Made by a program: the position numbers and the translations under genes
Part shown: positions 7,690 through 18,075 of the stretch, in pieces
Position numbering within the stretch: the first letter of the stretch is position 1
Layout of the letters: every line of letters starts with the position of its first letter
The notes under the pieces: generated by a model
What the model was told of the DNA's origin: nothing
Database searches by the model: none
The model's input: only the letters and a program-made list of their open reading frames with translations
Assembly (NCBI GenBank): GCA_029247135.1
Contig: JAQWLS010000009.1
Coordinates: forward strand, 1,863 to 65,862
Reading direction: 5' to 3'
Length of the DNA: 64,000 nt
DNA from: Dehalococcoidia bacterium
GTDB lineage: Bacteria; Chloroflexota; Dehalococcoidia; UBA2979

Positions 7690-10600
7690 GCTTCCAAAAA
7701 ATATTGATCGCTAACCGTGGTGAAATTGCGATACGCATAATGCGAGCCGCAAATGATCTTGGAATTCAAACAGTAGCTATATATTCAGAGGATGATTCGA
7801 CTTCATTACATAGAACTATTGCTGACGAGAGTTTTGCTCTTTCCGGTAGAGGTGTGCCGGCATATCTCGATATGGACACAATTATTGATGGTGCAAAAGA
7901 AATGAATTGTGATGCCGTCCACCCAGGTTACGGATTCTTAGCTGAGAATTCACAGTTTGCAAAAAAATGTGCCGAACAAAATCTAACTTTCATCGGACCC
8001 GAGGTTGAACATCTTGAATTGTTTGGAGATAAAGGACGTGCACGAGCGGCCGCCACAGCCGCTGGAGTCCCAATTCTTAAGGGTATTGACCATTCTGTTT
8101 CGCTTGAAGAGGCACAAGAATTTTACTCAAGTCTTGGGGCAGATGCGGGCATGATGATCAAGGCTGTTGCTGGTGGCGGAGGACGAGGATCGCGAGCTGT
8201 AACCGATGCACTTGAAATAGAAGAAGCCTATAAAAGATGCCAGTCGGAGGCAACCAGCGCCTTTGGTAATGGAGAACTCTATGTGGAAGAATTCATTCAA
8301 CAGGCAAGACATATTGAGGTTCAAATTCTTGGAGATAAAAACGGGAATATCATCAACCTTGGCGAACGTGAATGCAGTGTCCAACGACGATATCAAAAAA
8401 TAGTTGAAATTGCGCCTGCTCCCCATCTTCCCGAGCGGCTGCGTGACGACATTATCGAAGCCGCCCAACGTCTTGCCCAAAGTGTAAATTATTCGAATCT
8501 CGGCACCTTTGAATTTCTCGTGAACACCGACGCGTCTGACGGTGGCGATCCATTTTCATTCATTGAAGCAAATGCTCGGCTCCAGGTCGAACATACCGTC
8601 ACAGAGGCTGTGACCGGTGTAGATATTGTGCAAACCCAAATTGAACTAGCTGGCGGAACACTACTTGCAGAGCTCGGATTAGATGACCCGGATATCGGAG
8701 TACCTCGAGGGTTTGCTATCCAAGCTCGTATAAATATGGAGACACTCGGTGTGGACGGAACCGTGCGCCCAGCAGGAGGAACTCTCCGTTCGTACGATGC
8801 ACCAAATGGCCCAGGTGTCCGAACCGATGGGTTTGGATATGCGGGTTACACAACCAGTCCAATGTTCGATTCATTACTTGCAAAAGTAATTACACATTCA
8901 CCGTCTAATAAATTTAAGACTGCTGTACAGCGATCACTTCGTGCGCTTTCTGAATTTCGAATAGAAGGCGTAGCCACAAATATCCCCTTCTTGATGAATG
9001 TTCTAACAAACACGGACTTCATTGATGGATCGGTACATACACGATGGGTCGATGAAAAAATAGCTGACCTCGCAATAGCAGATACTGAGAGCCAACAAAA
9101 ACGCTGGATTGAAAGTGCAGAGGCACCAGTCCCTGTGGCCGCAGGTCAACAGGCAAGCCCGCTCACTGGGACCGCTCCAGTCATGGTAGACACATCAGAC
9201 CCTTTGGCACTTTTTAGTTATGACCGTCAGGTGAAAGAAGCTGAAAAAGTTGAGCTCCCGGCAGAGGATCCGGGAGCTAGTCTGATAGGCCCTGATGGAT
9301 CTATTGGAGTCGGCGCTCCAATTCAAGGAACGATCATTCAAATCTCCGTCAGCGAAGGAGATTCGATACGCATGGGCCAGGAAATGCTGATTATGGAAGC
9401 CATGAAAATGGAGCACGTAATTAAGGCTGATGTAAGCGGAATCGTTAAAAAAATCAATGTTGAACCGGGAGACATCATTGTCGAGGGTCATCCATTAATT
9501 TTTGTCGAAGAAGGTGAATTGGACGAAGCCAGTTTCGAAGAGGAAGAAGCCATAGACCTTGATTACATCCGACCTGATCTAGAAGAAGCCTACGCTAGGC
9601 ACGCATTCACCCTCGATGAGAATAGACCCGAAGCTGTAGCAAAACGATATGGACGTGGCTATCGAATGCCGCGTGAAAATATCGCGCAACTGGTTGATGA
9701 AGGAACATTCAAAGAATATGGACCGTTAGTGGTAGCACGGCAACACCAACGATTTAGCAGCGAGGAACTCAGAAAAAATACTCCGGCAGATGGTCTCGTA
9801 TCAGGTATCGGCTCAGTGAATGGAAAACACTTTTCCCCTGAGCAGGCTCGGACAATGGTTATATCCTATGACTACACCGTACTTGCTGGGACGCAAGGTG
9901 GGCGTAACCACTACAAACAAGATCGTATGTTCGAGCTCGCACAGAGATTTAAAATTCCACTAGTCTTTTTCACTGAAGGTGGGGGTGGACGTCCAGGGGA
10001 TGATCGGATCGGGCCTGGAGTGGCGTTCGATACCCATACATTCACACAATTCTCTCAGCTTAGTGGCTGGATTCCACTCGTAGGAATCACGAATGGGCGG
10101 TGCTTTGCAGGCAATACTGCACTCTTGGCCTGTTGTGATGTAATCATTGCGACTGAAGGATCTACGGTTGCTATGGGCGGGCCAGCGATGGTTGAAAGTG
10201 GCGGCCTAGGTGTATACACACCAGAAGAACTCGGTCCGATGTCATTCCAAGTGCCAAATGGAGTGGTTGACATTCTGGTTAAAGATGAAGAAGAAGCTGT
10301 GGATGTTGCTAAAAAATACCTATCGTATTTCCAAGGCCCGATAGATGAATGGGAGGCTCCCGATCAGCGGCCTCTTAGACATATTGTGCCAGAAAACCGA
10401 AAACAACTATATGACATGCGTGAAGTAATAAACACGATCGCCGATAAAGATTCAGTACTTGAAATACGGGAAAAGTTCGGTATCGGTATTATCACGGCCT
10501 TCATGCGAATTGAGGGTAAACCCATGGCGGTGATAGCTAATAATCCTCATCATATCGCTGGCGCAATTGACTCAGATGGAGCTGACAAGGGTGCTCGTTT

Positions 10601-11123
10601 TGTTCAGCTATGTGACGCATTTGATATTCCGATTTTAAGTTTGATGGATTGTCCAGGAATGATGGTAGGTCCGGATGTTGAATCTACTGCATTGGTCCGG
10701 CACTGCGTCCGTATGTTTAATGCCGGTGCAAATCTTACAACGCCGATGTTCCTCACAGTTGTTCGCAAGGCCTACGGACTAGGTGTACAAGCTATGTGTG
10801 GTGCTAGCTCCTTTGTAGGATTCTTCTCAGTCGCATGGCCCACAGCAGAATTTGCGGGTATGGCAATTGAAGGGTCTGTAAAACTCGGCTATCGCAAGGA
10901 GCTGGAAGCAATAGAAGATCCAGCTGAACGACTAGCTGAATATCAAGATCGAGTAGATCGTGCATACGAAAGCGCAAAGGCTGTTAACGCTAGCGCTGGT
11001 TATGGCATTGATGACGTAATCGATCCGGCAGATACACGATCGTGGCTTGTCATGGGACTAAATAGTGTCCCCACGCCGCCCGAGCGTACGGAAAAGAAAT
11101 ATCCCTTTATTGATACCTGGTAG
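7686..11123 (+). CDS. Single-chain biotin-dependent acyl-CoA carboxylase (biotin carboxylase + BCCP + carboxyltransferase, 1145 aa)
   Basis: The N-terminal BC domain has MSFQKILIANRGEIAIRIMRAA, the GGGGRG loop and the ATP-grasp. The biotinyl domain has the EAMKM motif (about nt 9395-9410). The C-terminal roughly 520 aa is an AccD/PccB-like carboxyltransferase (GGGGRPGDD..., CPGMMVGP...). The domain order is as in long-chain acyl-CoA carboxylase (LCC)-type enzymes. Confidence 0.85.
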   Translation: MSFQKILIANRGEIAIRIMRAANDLGIQTVAIYSEDDSTSLHRTIADESFALSGRGVPAYLDMDTIIDGAKEMNCDAVHPGYGFLAENSQFAKKCAEQNLTFIGPEVEHLELFGDKGRARAAATAAGVPILKGIDHSVSLEEAQEFYSSLGADAGMMIKAVAGGGGRGSRAVTDALEIEEAYKRCQSEATSAFGNGELYVEEFIQQARHIEVQILGDKNGNIINLGERECSVQRRYQKIVEIAPAPHLPERLRDDIIEAAQRLAQSVNYSNLGTFEFLVNTDASDGGDPFSFIEANARLQVEHTVTEAVTGVDIVQTQIELAGGTLLAELGLDDPDIGVPRGFAIQARINMETLGVDGTVRPAGGTLRSYDAPNGPGVRTDGFGYAGYTTSPMFDSLLAKVITHSPSNKFKTAVQRSLRALSEFRIEGVATNIPFLMNVLTNTDFIDGSVHTRWVDEKIADLAIADTESQQKRWIESAEAPVPVAAGQQASPLTGTAPVMVDTSDPLALFSYDRQVKEAEKVELPAEDPGASLIGPDGSIGVGAPIQGTIIQISVSEGDSIRMGQEMLIMEAMKMEHVIKADVSGIVKKINVEPGDIIVEGHPLIFVEEGELDEASFEEEEAIDLDYIRPDLEEAYARHAFTLDENRPEAVAKRYGRGYRMPRENIAQLVDEGTFKEYGPLVVARQHQRFSSEELRKNTPADGLVSGIGSVNGKHFSPEQARTMVISYDYTVLAGTQGGRNHYKQDRMFELAQRFKIPLVFFTEGGGGRPGDDRIGPGVAFDTHTFTQFSQLSGWIPLVGITNGRCFAGNTALLACCDVIIATEGSTVAMGGPAMVESGGLGVYTPEELGPMSFQVPNGVVDILVKDEEEAVDVAKKYLSYFQGPIDEWEAPDQRPLRHIVPENRKQLYDMREVINTIADKDSVLEIREKFGIGIITAFMRIEGKPMAVIANNPHHIAGAIDSDGADKGARFVQLCDAFDIPILSLMDCPGMMVGPDVESTALVRHCVRMFNAGANLTTPMFLTVVRKAYGLGVQAMCGASSFVGFFSVAWPTAEFAGMAIEGSVKLGYRKELEAIEDPAERLAEYQDRVDRAYESAKAVNASAGYGIDDVIDPADTRSWLVMGLNSVPTPPERTEKKYPFIDTW

Positions 11124-11142
11124 AGATTACCTAGTAGTCTCT

Positions 11143-12744
11143 TTAATCAAGGTATTGATAGGCTGGAATCGTAAGAAAATCGACGAACTCGTCGCTGAGA
11201 ACCAATCGATCTAATATTTCCGCCGCGTCATCAAAATGCTGATTTTGTTCGATATTGAGAATCGCAAGCTCTTGAGTCCGAAGCTCTGAATATAAATCCG
11301 AAGTAATAATTCGGCCATCATCGAGCGGCACAGCATGAATAATCCACTGCCAAAGCTGCGCGCGACTGATTTCAGCGGTTGCAGCATCCTCCATCAGATT
11401 ATTAATCGCAGCCGCCCCGTTGCCACTTAACCATTGATTTATATATTGCAGAGCTACCGAAATATTGAGCCGAACCCCCGCTTCAGTTGTGTCCCCCTCA
11501 GTGAGATTCGCTCCGCTCAGCGCTGCAGCATCAGCCAACACATCATCGCGTTGCCTATCCTTCTGATTATCGTTCTCCCCAAGTACCTGTTGAAACGAGG
11601 CTCGCGCAGTTGGTTCAAGATCAGGGTGTGCTATCCAAGTACCATCAAATCCATTTTGTGACTCTCTGTCTTTATCGGCCTTCACTGCCGCGAGTGCCAT
11701 CTCGTTCAACTCTGCATCTCTTCGGCTAGGAATAAATGCAGACATCCCGCCCATCGCATGAGCTCCGCGCCGATGGCAAGTCTTTACAAGTAAATCTGTA
11801 TATGCGCTCATAAACGGAACAGTCATCCCAATTTGAGCTCGGTCTGGAAGGGCAAACTCACGACGATTTCTAAATCTCTTAATCACACTAAAAATATAAT
11901 CCCAGCGACCCGCATTTAAGCCTGAGATATGCTCTCGTAACTCAAAAAGAATTTCGTCCATCTCATAGGCAGCCGTGATAGTTTCAATCAAAACAGTAGC
12001 CCGTATTGAACCACGACTGATACCTAATTTATCCTGACTGAAATTGAATACACTGTTCCATAACCTAGCCTCTAAATGCCCTTCTAACTTGGCTAAATAG
12101 AAATACGGACCAGTGTTTCGTGCGAGTCGCTCTTCAGCATTGTGAAATAAATAAAGTCCCGCATCGAAAAGTGCCGCCGAACATGGATTCCCATCTACGA
12201 ACAGATGCTTTTCCTCTAAGTGCCAACCACGAGGTCGAACAATGAGCGTGACGTCATCCTTAATCAGTTTGTAAGACTTACCGTTAGGTTCGTCCAAAAT
12301 CATGTCCCCACGAACTGCATCAGCAAGATTAATCTGAGCTTCAACCACATTTTCCCAAGTGGGTGAAAGTGAATCCTCCAGATCTGCCATAAACGCGTCT
12401 GCAGCAGAATTAAGTGCGTTAATCATCATTTTTCTATCGCACGGGCCTGTGATCTCAACCCAACGCTTCTCTAAATCTTCAGGGCAATCAGCTACAACCC
12501 AATCACTCTCACGAATACCAATAGTCTCACTCAAAAAATCAGGTAACTCACCAGTGTCAAACTCATGCTGACGTGTAATACGCGCCTCCAAAAGCTCAAG
12601 CCGAGCACTATTGAACTCGCGTTGCAAAGATGCAATGAATTTCAGGGCATCAACACTTAATATATTCTTCCATTTATCAGGAAAAATACCTCTAATCTCA
12701 ATTCCTTCAGCTATTTCTTGAATCAATGGACTTGAATTGGACAT
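11143..12744 (-). CDS. aceB: Malate synthase A
   Basis: 533-aa ORF of the length and architecture of malate synthase A, with conserved catalytic-region motifs. It is convergent with the carboxylase gene. Confidence 0.8.
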   Translation of the reverse strand: MSNSSPLIQEIAEGIEIRGIFPDKWKNILSVDALKFIASLQREFNSARLELLEARITRQHEFDTGELPDFLSETIGIRESDWVVADCPEDLEKRWVEITGPCDRKMMINALNSAADAFMADLEDSLSPTWENVVEAQINLADAVRGDMILDEPNGKSYKLIKDDVTLIVRPRGWHLEEKHLFVDGNPCSAALFDAGLYLFHNAEERLARNTGPYFYLAKLEGHLEARLWNSVFNFSQDKLGISRGSIRATVLIETITAAYEMDEILFELREHISGLNAGRWDYIFSVIKRFRNRREFALPDRAQIGMTVPFMSAYTDLLVKTCHRRGAHAMGGMSAFIPSRRDAELNEMALAAVKADKDRESQNGFDGTWIAHPDLEPTARASFQQVLGENDNQKDRQRDDVLADAAALSGANLTEGDTTEAGVRLNISVALQYINQWLSGNGAAAINNLMEDAATAEISRAQLWQWIIHAVPLDDGRIITSDLYSELRTQELAILNIEQNQHFDDAAEILDRLVLSDEFVDFLTIPAYQYLD

Positions 12745-12847
12745 ATAGAACCTCGTGTACTTAAAGGGCAGATAATTTCAACCCGACAGAGAGTAACAAA
12801 TTTTACAAAGGCTGTCAGTTAGATAACTCGATTACCGAATAAACTAC

Positions 12848-13120
12848 TTAACCTCCACCAAGTGGCGGCACCAAATAGATATCACTATCAGCAGCAACGG
12901 TTTCTGTTAACCCCCTCGAATCCAGAATCGAACCATCGATGGCAACAGCAAGATCTGATCTCAAACCATCTGAGGTAATAATCTGTGCAGTCAGTTCCGG
13001 ACAGATAGCTTCAAGATTTCTGAAAACTTCCCTCAAAGTAGTTCCTGTCACCTCCACAGAATCACGCATTTCACAAAAAGTTCGTAACGCGTTAGGAAGG
13101 TGAATAATCGGCATAAACAC
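12848..13120 (-). CDS. MoaD/ThiS-like ubiquitin-fold sulfur-carrier protein (C-terminal GG)
   Basis: 90-aa ORF ending ...LVPPLGGG immediately before the stop. It lies 10 nt downstream of the XDH-family gene on the same strand. Confidence 0.65.
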   Translation of the reverse strand: MFMPIIHLPNALRTFCEMRDSVEVTGTTLREVFRNLEAICPELTAQIITSDGLRSDLAVAIDGSILDSRGLTETVAADSDIYLVPPLGGG

Positions 13121-13130
13121 TCAAAAATTC

Positions 13131-15446
13131 TTAGGACTCAAGCTCAGCTAACTCTCTGAGAATACTCTCAGGATTGGCCGGAAGGCTACTGACCCGAATA
13201 CCAACAGCATCATAGATTGCGTTCGCAATAGCTGCTAATGGAGGGACAATCGGCACCTCTCCGACTCCTCGAACTCCAAACGGATGTCCGGGATTTGGAA
13301 CTTCAACCAGCACCGTGTCGATCGCTGGAAGGTCATTTGCAACCGGCATTCGATAATCAAGAAAAGATGAATTAGCCATCGACCCATCATCGTTATATAC
13401 ATACTCCTCGTTCAGTGCCATACCTATACCCTGCACAGCGCCACCTTGTATCTGGCCCTCAACATACGCGGGATGAATTGCTCGCCCCACATCCTGAATA
13501 GCCGTATATCTAAGCACCGTCACCTTGCCAGTATCTCTATCGACATGGACATCAGCGATATGTGCGCCAAAACACGCGCCGACTTTACCAACATTCGTGG
13601 ATACGAGATCTGCCCGTCCCTGTACCATTCCACCAGTTGCTGGAAGTTTTGCGGCCGCATCCTTAAAGGTCATCACAAGATCGCCTGGTCCATGCAAAGA
13701 CGCATCTATCGGGCTGTAATTTACATCATCAACTGATACTTCCCATATTTTTGCGATCCGTTCCTCGAGCTGGTTGCTGATATCCACGGCAGCTTGGTAG
13801 ACCGCCCAGCCGGTGGCAAAAGTCGTCCGACTCCCACCAGTATTACCGGTATAACCGATTGTGTCGGTATCCCCCACAAGGGAATTAATATCTTCGTAGT
13901 TAATGCCAAGAGTGTCCGCAAATTGCATTGCCAGTGAAGCTCTCTGACCTCCGATATCCACTGAGCCCGTAATGAGCGTTACCTTGCCATCCTCATGAAC
14001 ATTGGCATATGCGCTTGACTCGCCCCCGCCATTTTGCCAAAAACCCATAGCGACCCCACGACCCACGTCTTTTTGAGTTATTTCCGCACGATAATGTGGG
14101 TGTTCACTTGTGGTGGTAATTACCTCACGAGATCCTACGGATCCATGCGTTGCACCATCACTTCTGCGGTCGCCTTCAACAGCGGCATTCATATCACGAA
14201 GCTCCATGGGATCAATATCAAGCATCTCAGCCAATTCATCCAACACAGCCTCAACCGCAAATTCTGAAGCAGGTGCGCCTGGAGCACGATATGCAGCCGT
14301 CTTCGGTCGATTGAGCACGATATCCAATCCAAGTATTCGCTGATGGGGAACAACATACGGACCTAGGGCACATCGTGCTCCGCCAGCCACAGGCGATCCC
14401 GGATAGGCGCCTGCCTCGTACTCTAATCGAATGTCGGCTGCTACTATTTTACCTTCACGCGTAGCACCGATTTTCACAAACGATCGGGTACCAGATGTGG
14501 GTCCTGTGGCCTCCAACACCTCAGTTCTATTCATGGTTACTTGGACAGGTCGACCAGATTTACGCGATAAAAGGGCCGCTATTGGTTCTAAATAGACAAC
14601 GGTCTTACCTCCGAAGCCTCCACCAATTTCAGCAGGAATAACTCGCAAGTCACCTAAACTTATACCAAGCACCCGACTCACATTCTGTCTGATGCCAAAG
14701 GCACCTTGCGTACTTGTCCAGAGTGTTATCTTTCCGTCCTGATTCCAAATCGCTGTGGCATTGTGGGTCTCTATATATCCCTGATGACTCATCGCGGTCT
14801 CGTATACTCGTTCCAGCACCACTTCAGCTTGAGAAAATCCCTCCTCAATATCACCGAATCCCATTTCAACGGTTCTGGCGATATTTGACGGCCTGCCATC
14901 GACTGGTTGAAATAAATCTTCTACAAGAGAATCAAGTCCATCATCGTGAAGAATTGGAGCGTCAGGTGCGAGAGCGTCATCAATAGTCACAACTGGCGGT
15001 AGTACTTCGTACTCTACCTCAATCAGATCAAGTGCATCCTCAGCTATATGCACGTCGGTAGCAGCTATCGCAGCAACCGGATGCCCCTTGAACAGGACCT
15101 TACGGCGCGCCATCAGCCTTTCAATGTCCCACTGTGCCGGCATTGGTCCACGCAAAGTCTGTAATATGGCTTCAACAGGCTCGGGGAAATCGTCACTGGT
15201 TACAACGGCCAGCACACCTGGAAGCGCCAGGGCTTTCGAAACATCAATATTCTTAATAATTGCATGCGCATGGGGGCTTCGCTTGACTCGGCCGACAATC
15301 ATATTTGGTAATCGCACGTCCGCACCGTATATGGCTCGACCCGTGACTTTATCAATTCCATCCGGTCGCACCGTATTTGTTCCTACTGACGAAATTTTTG
15401 GCTCTAACATAGTCATCTGCATTACTTCCTTAAAATACGATGGCAT
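13131..15446 (-). CDS. Xanthine dehydrogenase/aldehyde oxidase family molybdopterin-binding large subunit (CoxL-like), orphan
   Basis: 771-aa ORF with Ald_Xan_dh_C and C2-type motifs (GGGFGGK, EIGGGFGGKT, GQGxxT region). No FeS or FAD subunit genes are adjacent. Confidence 0.8.
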   Translation of the reverse strand: MPSYFKEVMQMTMLEPKISSVGTNTVRPDGIDKVTGRAIYGADVRLPNMIVGRVKRSPHAHAIIKNIDVSKALALPGVLAVVTSDDFPEPVEAILQTLRGPMPAQWDIERLMARRKVLFKGHPVAAIAATDVHIAEDALDLIEVEYEVLPPVVTIDDALAPDAPILHDDGLDSLVEDLFQPVDGRPSNIARTVEMGFGDIEEGFSQAEVVLERVYETAMSHQGYIETHNATAIWNQDGKITLWTSTQGAFGIRQNVSRVLGISLGDLRVIPAEIGGGFGGKTVVYLEPIAALLSRKSGRPVQVTMNRTEVLEATGPTSGTRSFVKIGATREGKIVAADIRLEYEAGAYPGSPVAGGARCALGPYVVPHQRILGLDIVLNRPKTAAYRAPGAPASEFAVEAVLDELAEMLDIDPMELRDMNAAVEGDRRSDGATHGSVGSREVITTTSEHPHYRAEITQKDVGRGVAMGFWQNGGGESSAYANVHEDGKVTLITGSVDIGGQRASLAMQFADTLGINYEDINSLVGDTDTIGYTGNTGGSRTTFATGWAVYQAAVDISNQLEERIAKIWEVSVDDVNYSPIDASLHGPGDLVMTFKDAAAKLPATGGMVQGRADLVSTNVGKVGACFGAHIADVHVDRDTGKVTVLRYTAIQDVGRAIHPAYVEGQIQGGAVQGIGMALNEEYVYNDDGSMANSSFLDYRMPVANDLPAIDTVLVEVPNPGHPFGVRGVGEVPIVPPLAAIANAIYDAVGIRVSSLPANPESILRELAELES

Positions 15447-15527
15447 CTCTGAATTTGTTTAATACACTTGGAATCATAGCAAATCATTTAATTTATTAGA
15501 GAGATTAGAAAATAATTTACTGTGGGA

Positions 15528-16487
15528 CTAAACCTGTTTCGAACAACGAAACCCGACGTTACTAGCTGTGCTATCAGGAGAAACGCCAACCCGAGCAGCT
15601 GGCCGATACCTTGCACAATAGCTGGCATGACACAAAAAAGATCCGCCTTTTTGTACTCTTAAGTTCCCTGTAGCTGGGCCCGTGGGGTCAACTGCAGGAG
15701 ATAGGCTTGAGTCTGCAAACCCGAACCAGTCAGCACACCACTCCCAAACATTACCGGTCATATTATGAAGACCATACCCATTTTTCGGAAAATGATCAGA
15801 GGGACAGGTCCCATACCACCCATCGTCTTCCGTATTACGTGTCGGGAAAACACCCTGCCACGTGTTAGATAGATACTTACCATCCGGATTTAACTCATCA
15901 CCCCACGGAAATAAAGCTCCATCTAATCCACCTCGCGCAGCGTATTCCCAAGAAGCTTCCGAAGGTAATTCTTTCCCTAACCAACTCGCATAGGCCACTG
16001 CATCAAACCAACTGACGTGCACGACAGGATGCTCCATGCGATCCCTCAGAGTGCTGTGTGGACCCTCAGGATGCTGCCAGGTAGCCTTAAAAACCTGTCG
16101 CCACCAAGGTGCATCGGCCACCCCTCGCGTGGGCTCGAAGTCATCAGGAAGCAATCCAGCAAAAACAAATGACCAATCTCGTTGTTCTGCCGTCGTGATA
16201 TATCCAGTCGTATCGATAAACGACATAAAATCACCGTTCGTCACGGTATAGGTATCCAATAAAAATTCCGAAACGGAAACAGACCGAACTGGACCTTCTC
16301 CATCAGCCGCATAAGACATGGGATCCTCTGAGCCCATACGAAACACTCCGCCAGATATTAGTGCCATCTGAGTTCGTGAATCTTCGGATGAACTTGAGCG
16401 ATTAATCACCTGCTGACTAGGTGAAATAATCTGATCGAAAACGCCTTCATCAAGATTTGGCACACAACATGGACACTTTTCAGCCAT
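15528..16487 (-). CDS. Formylglycine-generating enzyme (FGE/SUMF1) family protein
   Basis: The C-terminal FGE-sulfatase signature (GGSFLCHASYCARYRPAARVG, RVIRGGSW-like core) is present, with an N-terminal CPCC. No sulfatase gene is adjacent. Confidence 0.75.
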   Translation of the reverse strand: MAEKCPCCVPNLDEGVFDQIISPSQQVINRSSSSEDSRTQMALISGGVFRMGSEDPMSYAADGEGPVRSVSVSEFLLDTYTVTNGDFMSFIDTTGYITTAEQRDWSFVFAGLLPDDFEPTRGVADAPWWRQVFKATWQHPEGPHSTLRDRMEHPVVHVSWFDAVAYASWLGKELPSEASWEYAARGGLDGALFPWGDELNPDGKYLSNTWQGVFPTRNTEDDGWYGTCPSDHFPKNGYGLHNMTGNVWEWCADWFGFADSSLSPAVDPTGPATGNLRVQKGGSFLCHASYCARYRPAARVGVSPDSTASNVGFRCSKQV

Positions 16488-16626
16488 CAGTCATCAATCT
16501 TCTACGCATTCAATGATTATCCCACGAGTCAACCCGAGTATACGGTGACAAAGTCCATCAATTAGCCCTTACACTTACCCACACTAAACTAAACCTTCTA
16601 TACATATCAAGGACCTATCCAGCTAA

Positions 16627-17172
16627 ATGAACACAAATGATGACTTATACAAATTCCTGCTTTCGCTGGGCACCGATGAGGTAGCTCACACAGGCGGAGA
16701 TTTTTTACATCACCTGCAATCGGTTCAAAATTTGCTCGAGGACAACGGGGCGGATTTGGATATGAGCCGAGCCGGCCTGTTTCATTCAATCTATGGAACG
16801 CAGGGCTTTCAAGACTTTTCATTACCGCTGAGCGAACGAACCGTGATTAAAAATCTCATAGGTGAGCGCGCCGAATTTGTTGCGTTCTGCAATTGCGTGA
16901 TGAATCGTGCGACATTTGATGAAGCTCTAGCGCAGGCAGTAACCAACGGTGACTCTTTCACTATTGAAAACCGTGAGGACAAGAGTTCCATCGAGCTTGA
17001 TCGCAGTCAACTAATAGATTTAAGTGAGGTTCATCTCTTTGACTGGTTAGAACAGGTCAAACGAAGTGAAAGAGGCTGGAACTACAGACGAACTGCATAT
17101 AAAAATATGGCGCGACTTGTCGGCACACGTGCGACCGATCTCTATGAGCAGGTATTCGCTGACGAAACTTAA
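16627..17172 (+). CDS. Hypothetical protein
   Basis: 181-aa ORF with coding-like composition. No confident family was recognised. Confidence 0.4.
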   Translation: MNTNDDLYKFLLSLGTDEVAHTGGDFLHHLQSVQNLLEDNGADLDMSRAGLFHSIYGTQGFQDFSLPLSERTVIKNLIGERAEFVAFCNCVMNRATFDEALAQAVTNGDSFTIENREDKSSIELDRSQLIDLSEVHLFDWLEQVKRSERGWNYRRTAYKNMARLVGTRATDLYEQVFADET

Positions 17173-17196
17173 TCACATGTAGTAAGGGGCAGTAAT

Positions 17197-18042
17197 ATGA
17201 CAACCACACCTGGAACTGAAATAGTTGAACTCAGCACCGGAGTCTACGCAAGACTACACGCGGGCCTGACAAATGCTGGAATTATTATTGGAGATAACGG
17301 CGTCCTTGTGATCGACTCCCTACGGGTGCCTTCGTTCGCACGTGATCTTATTCAGGACGTACGTCACGTTACTGACAAACCCATACAATACGTGGTAGAC
17401 ACCCACTCCCACTGGGATCATGCCTGGGGTAACGAAGAATTTCCAGATGCAACCATAATCGCTCACTCCAACGCGCGGAAAGAAATGCTAGATGTTGAAT
17501 GGAATAGGCAATGGCGGGAAAAAGTAGTCTCAGCAGGTGATCCTTGGTCTGAAGAAGCAAAACTCGTCAACATAACTCCACCTGATCTAACCTTTGAAAA
17601 TACGATGCAACTTTATTTTGGGGGTAGGGAAATCAATCTCGTCTATCTAGGTAAAGCACACACGAGTGGCGATATATTTATCCATTTACCAGAAGAAAAA
17701 ATTCTCTTTACAGGTGACGTAGCCCAAGATGGCGGTATTCCTTTTCTCGGTGATAGCTATCCCTCGGACTGGTTATCTACTGACGACAGACTTATAGAAA
17801 TAGAATCTGATCGATTCGTGTCCGGCCATGGACCAATAGGAAACCATGCTGCTCTGGTAGACGCCCGAGATTTTATTCATGAACTGGTTGGTAACGTCAT
17901 GACCTCGATAGCAGAAAATGAGCCTCAAGACTCAGCATCAAATACGGTGGTGACAAAGATGCAATATCGTTTTGGTCATTGGAGAGGCTTTGAAAGCCTC
18001 GCTGACAAAGTACCTGAGGTGTATCACAAACTGAATGTTTAG
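17197..18042 (+). CDS. MBL-fold metallo-hydrolase
   Basis: The HxHxDH motif THSHWDHAWG and downstream His/Asp ligands (HTSGD, GHG) are present. Confidence 0.8.
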   Translation: MTTTPGTEIVELSTGVYARLHAGLTNAGIIIGDNGVLVIDSLRVPSFARDLIQDVRHVTDKPIQYVVDTHSHWDHAWGNEEFPDATIIAHSNARKEMLDVEWNRQWREKVVSAGDPWSEEAKLVNITPPDLTFENTMQLYFGGREINLVYLGKAHTSGDIFIHLPEEKILFTGDVAQDGGIPFLGDSYPSDWLSTDDRLIEIESDRFVSGHGPIGNHAALVDARDFIHELVGNVMTSIAENEPQDSASNTVVTKMQYRFGHWRGFESLADKVPEVYHKLNV

Positions 18043-18075
18043 AGAAATGTATAGTCAAATCGAGGTGAAATAATT

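Noticed and set aside
15535-15551. Perfect hairpin GTTTCG-aacaa-CGAAAC near the FGE-like gene stop
   Set aside because: It lies within the coding end and stop codon of the FGE-like gene (…CSKQV-stop) and lacks a following T-tract, so it is not called as a terminator.
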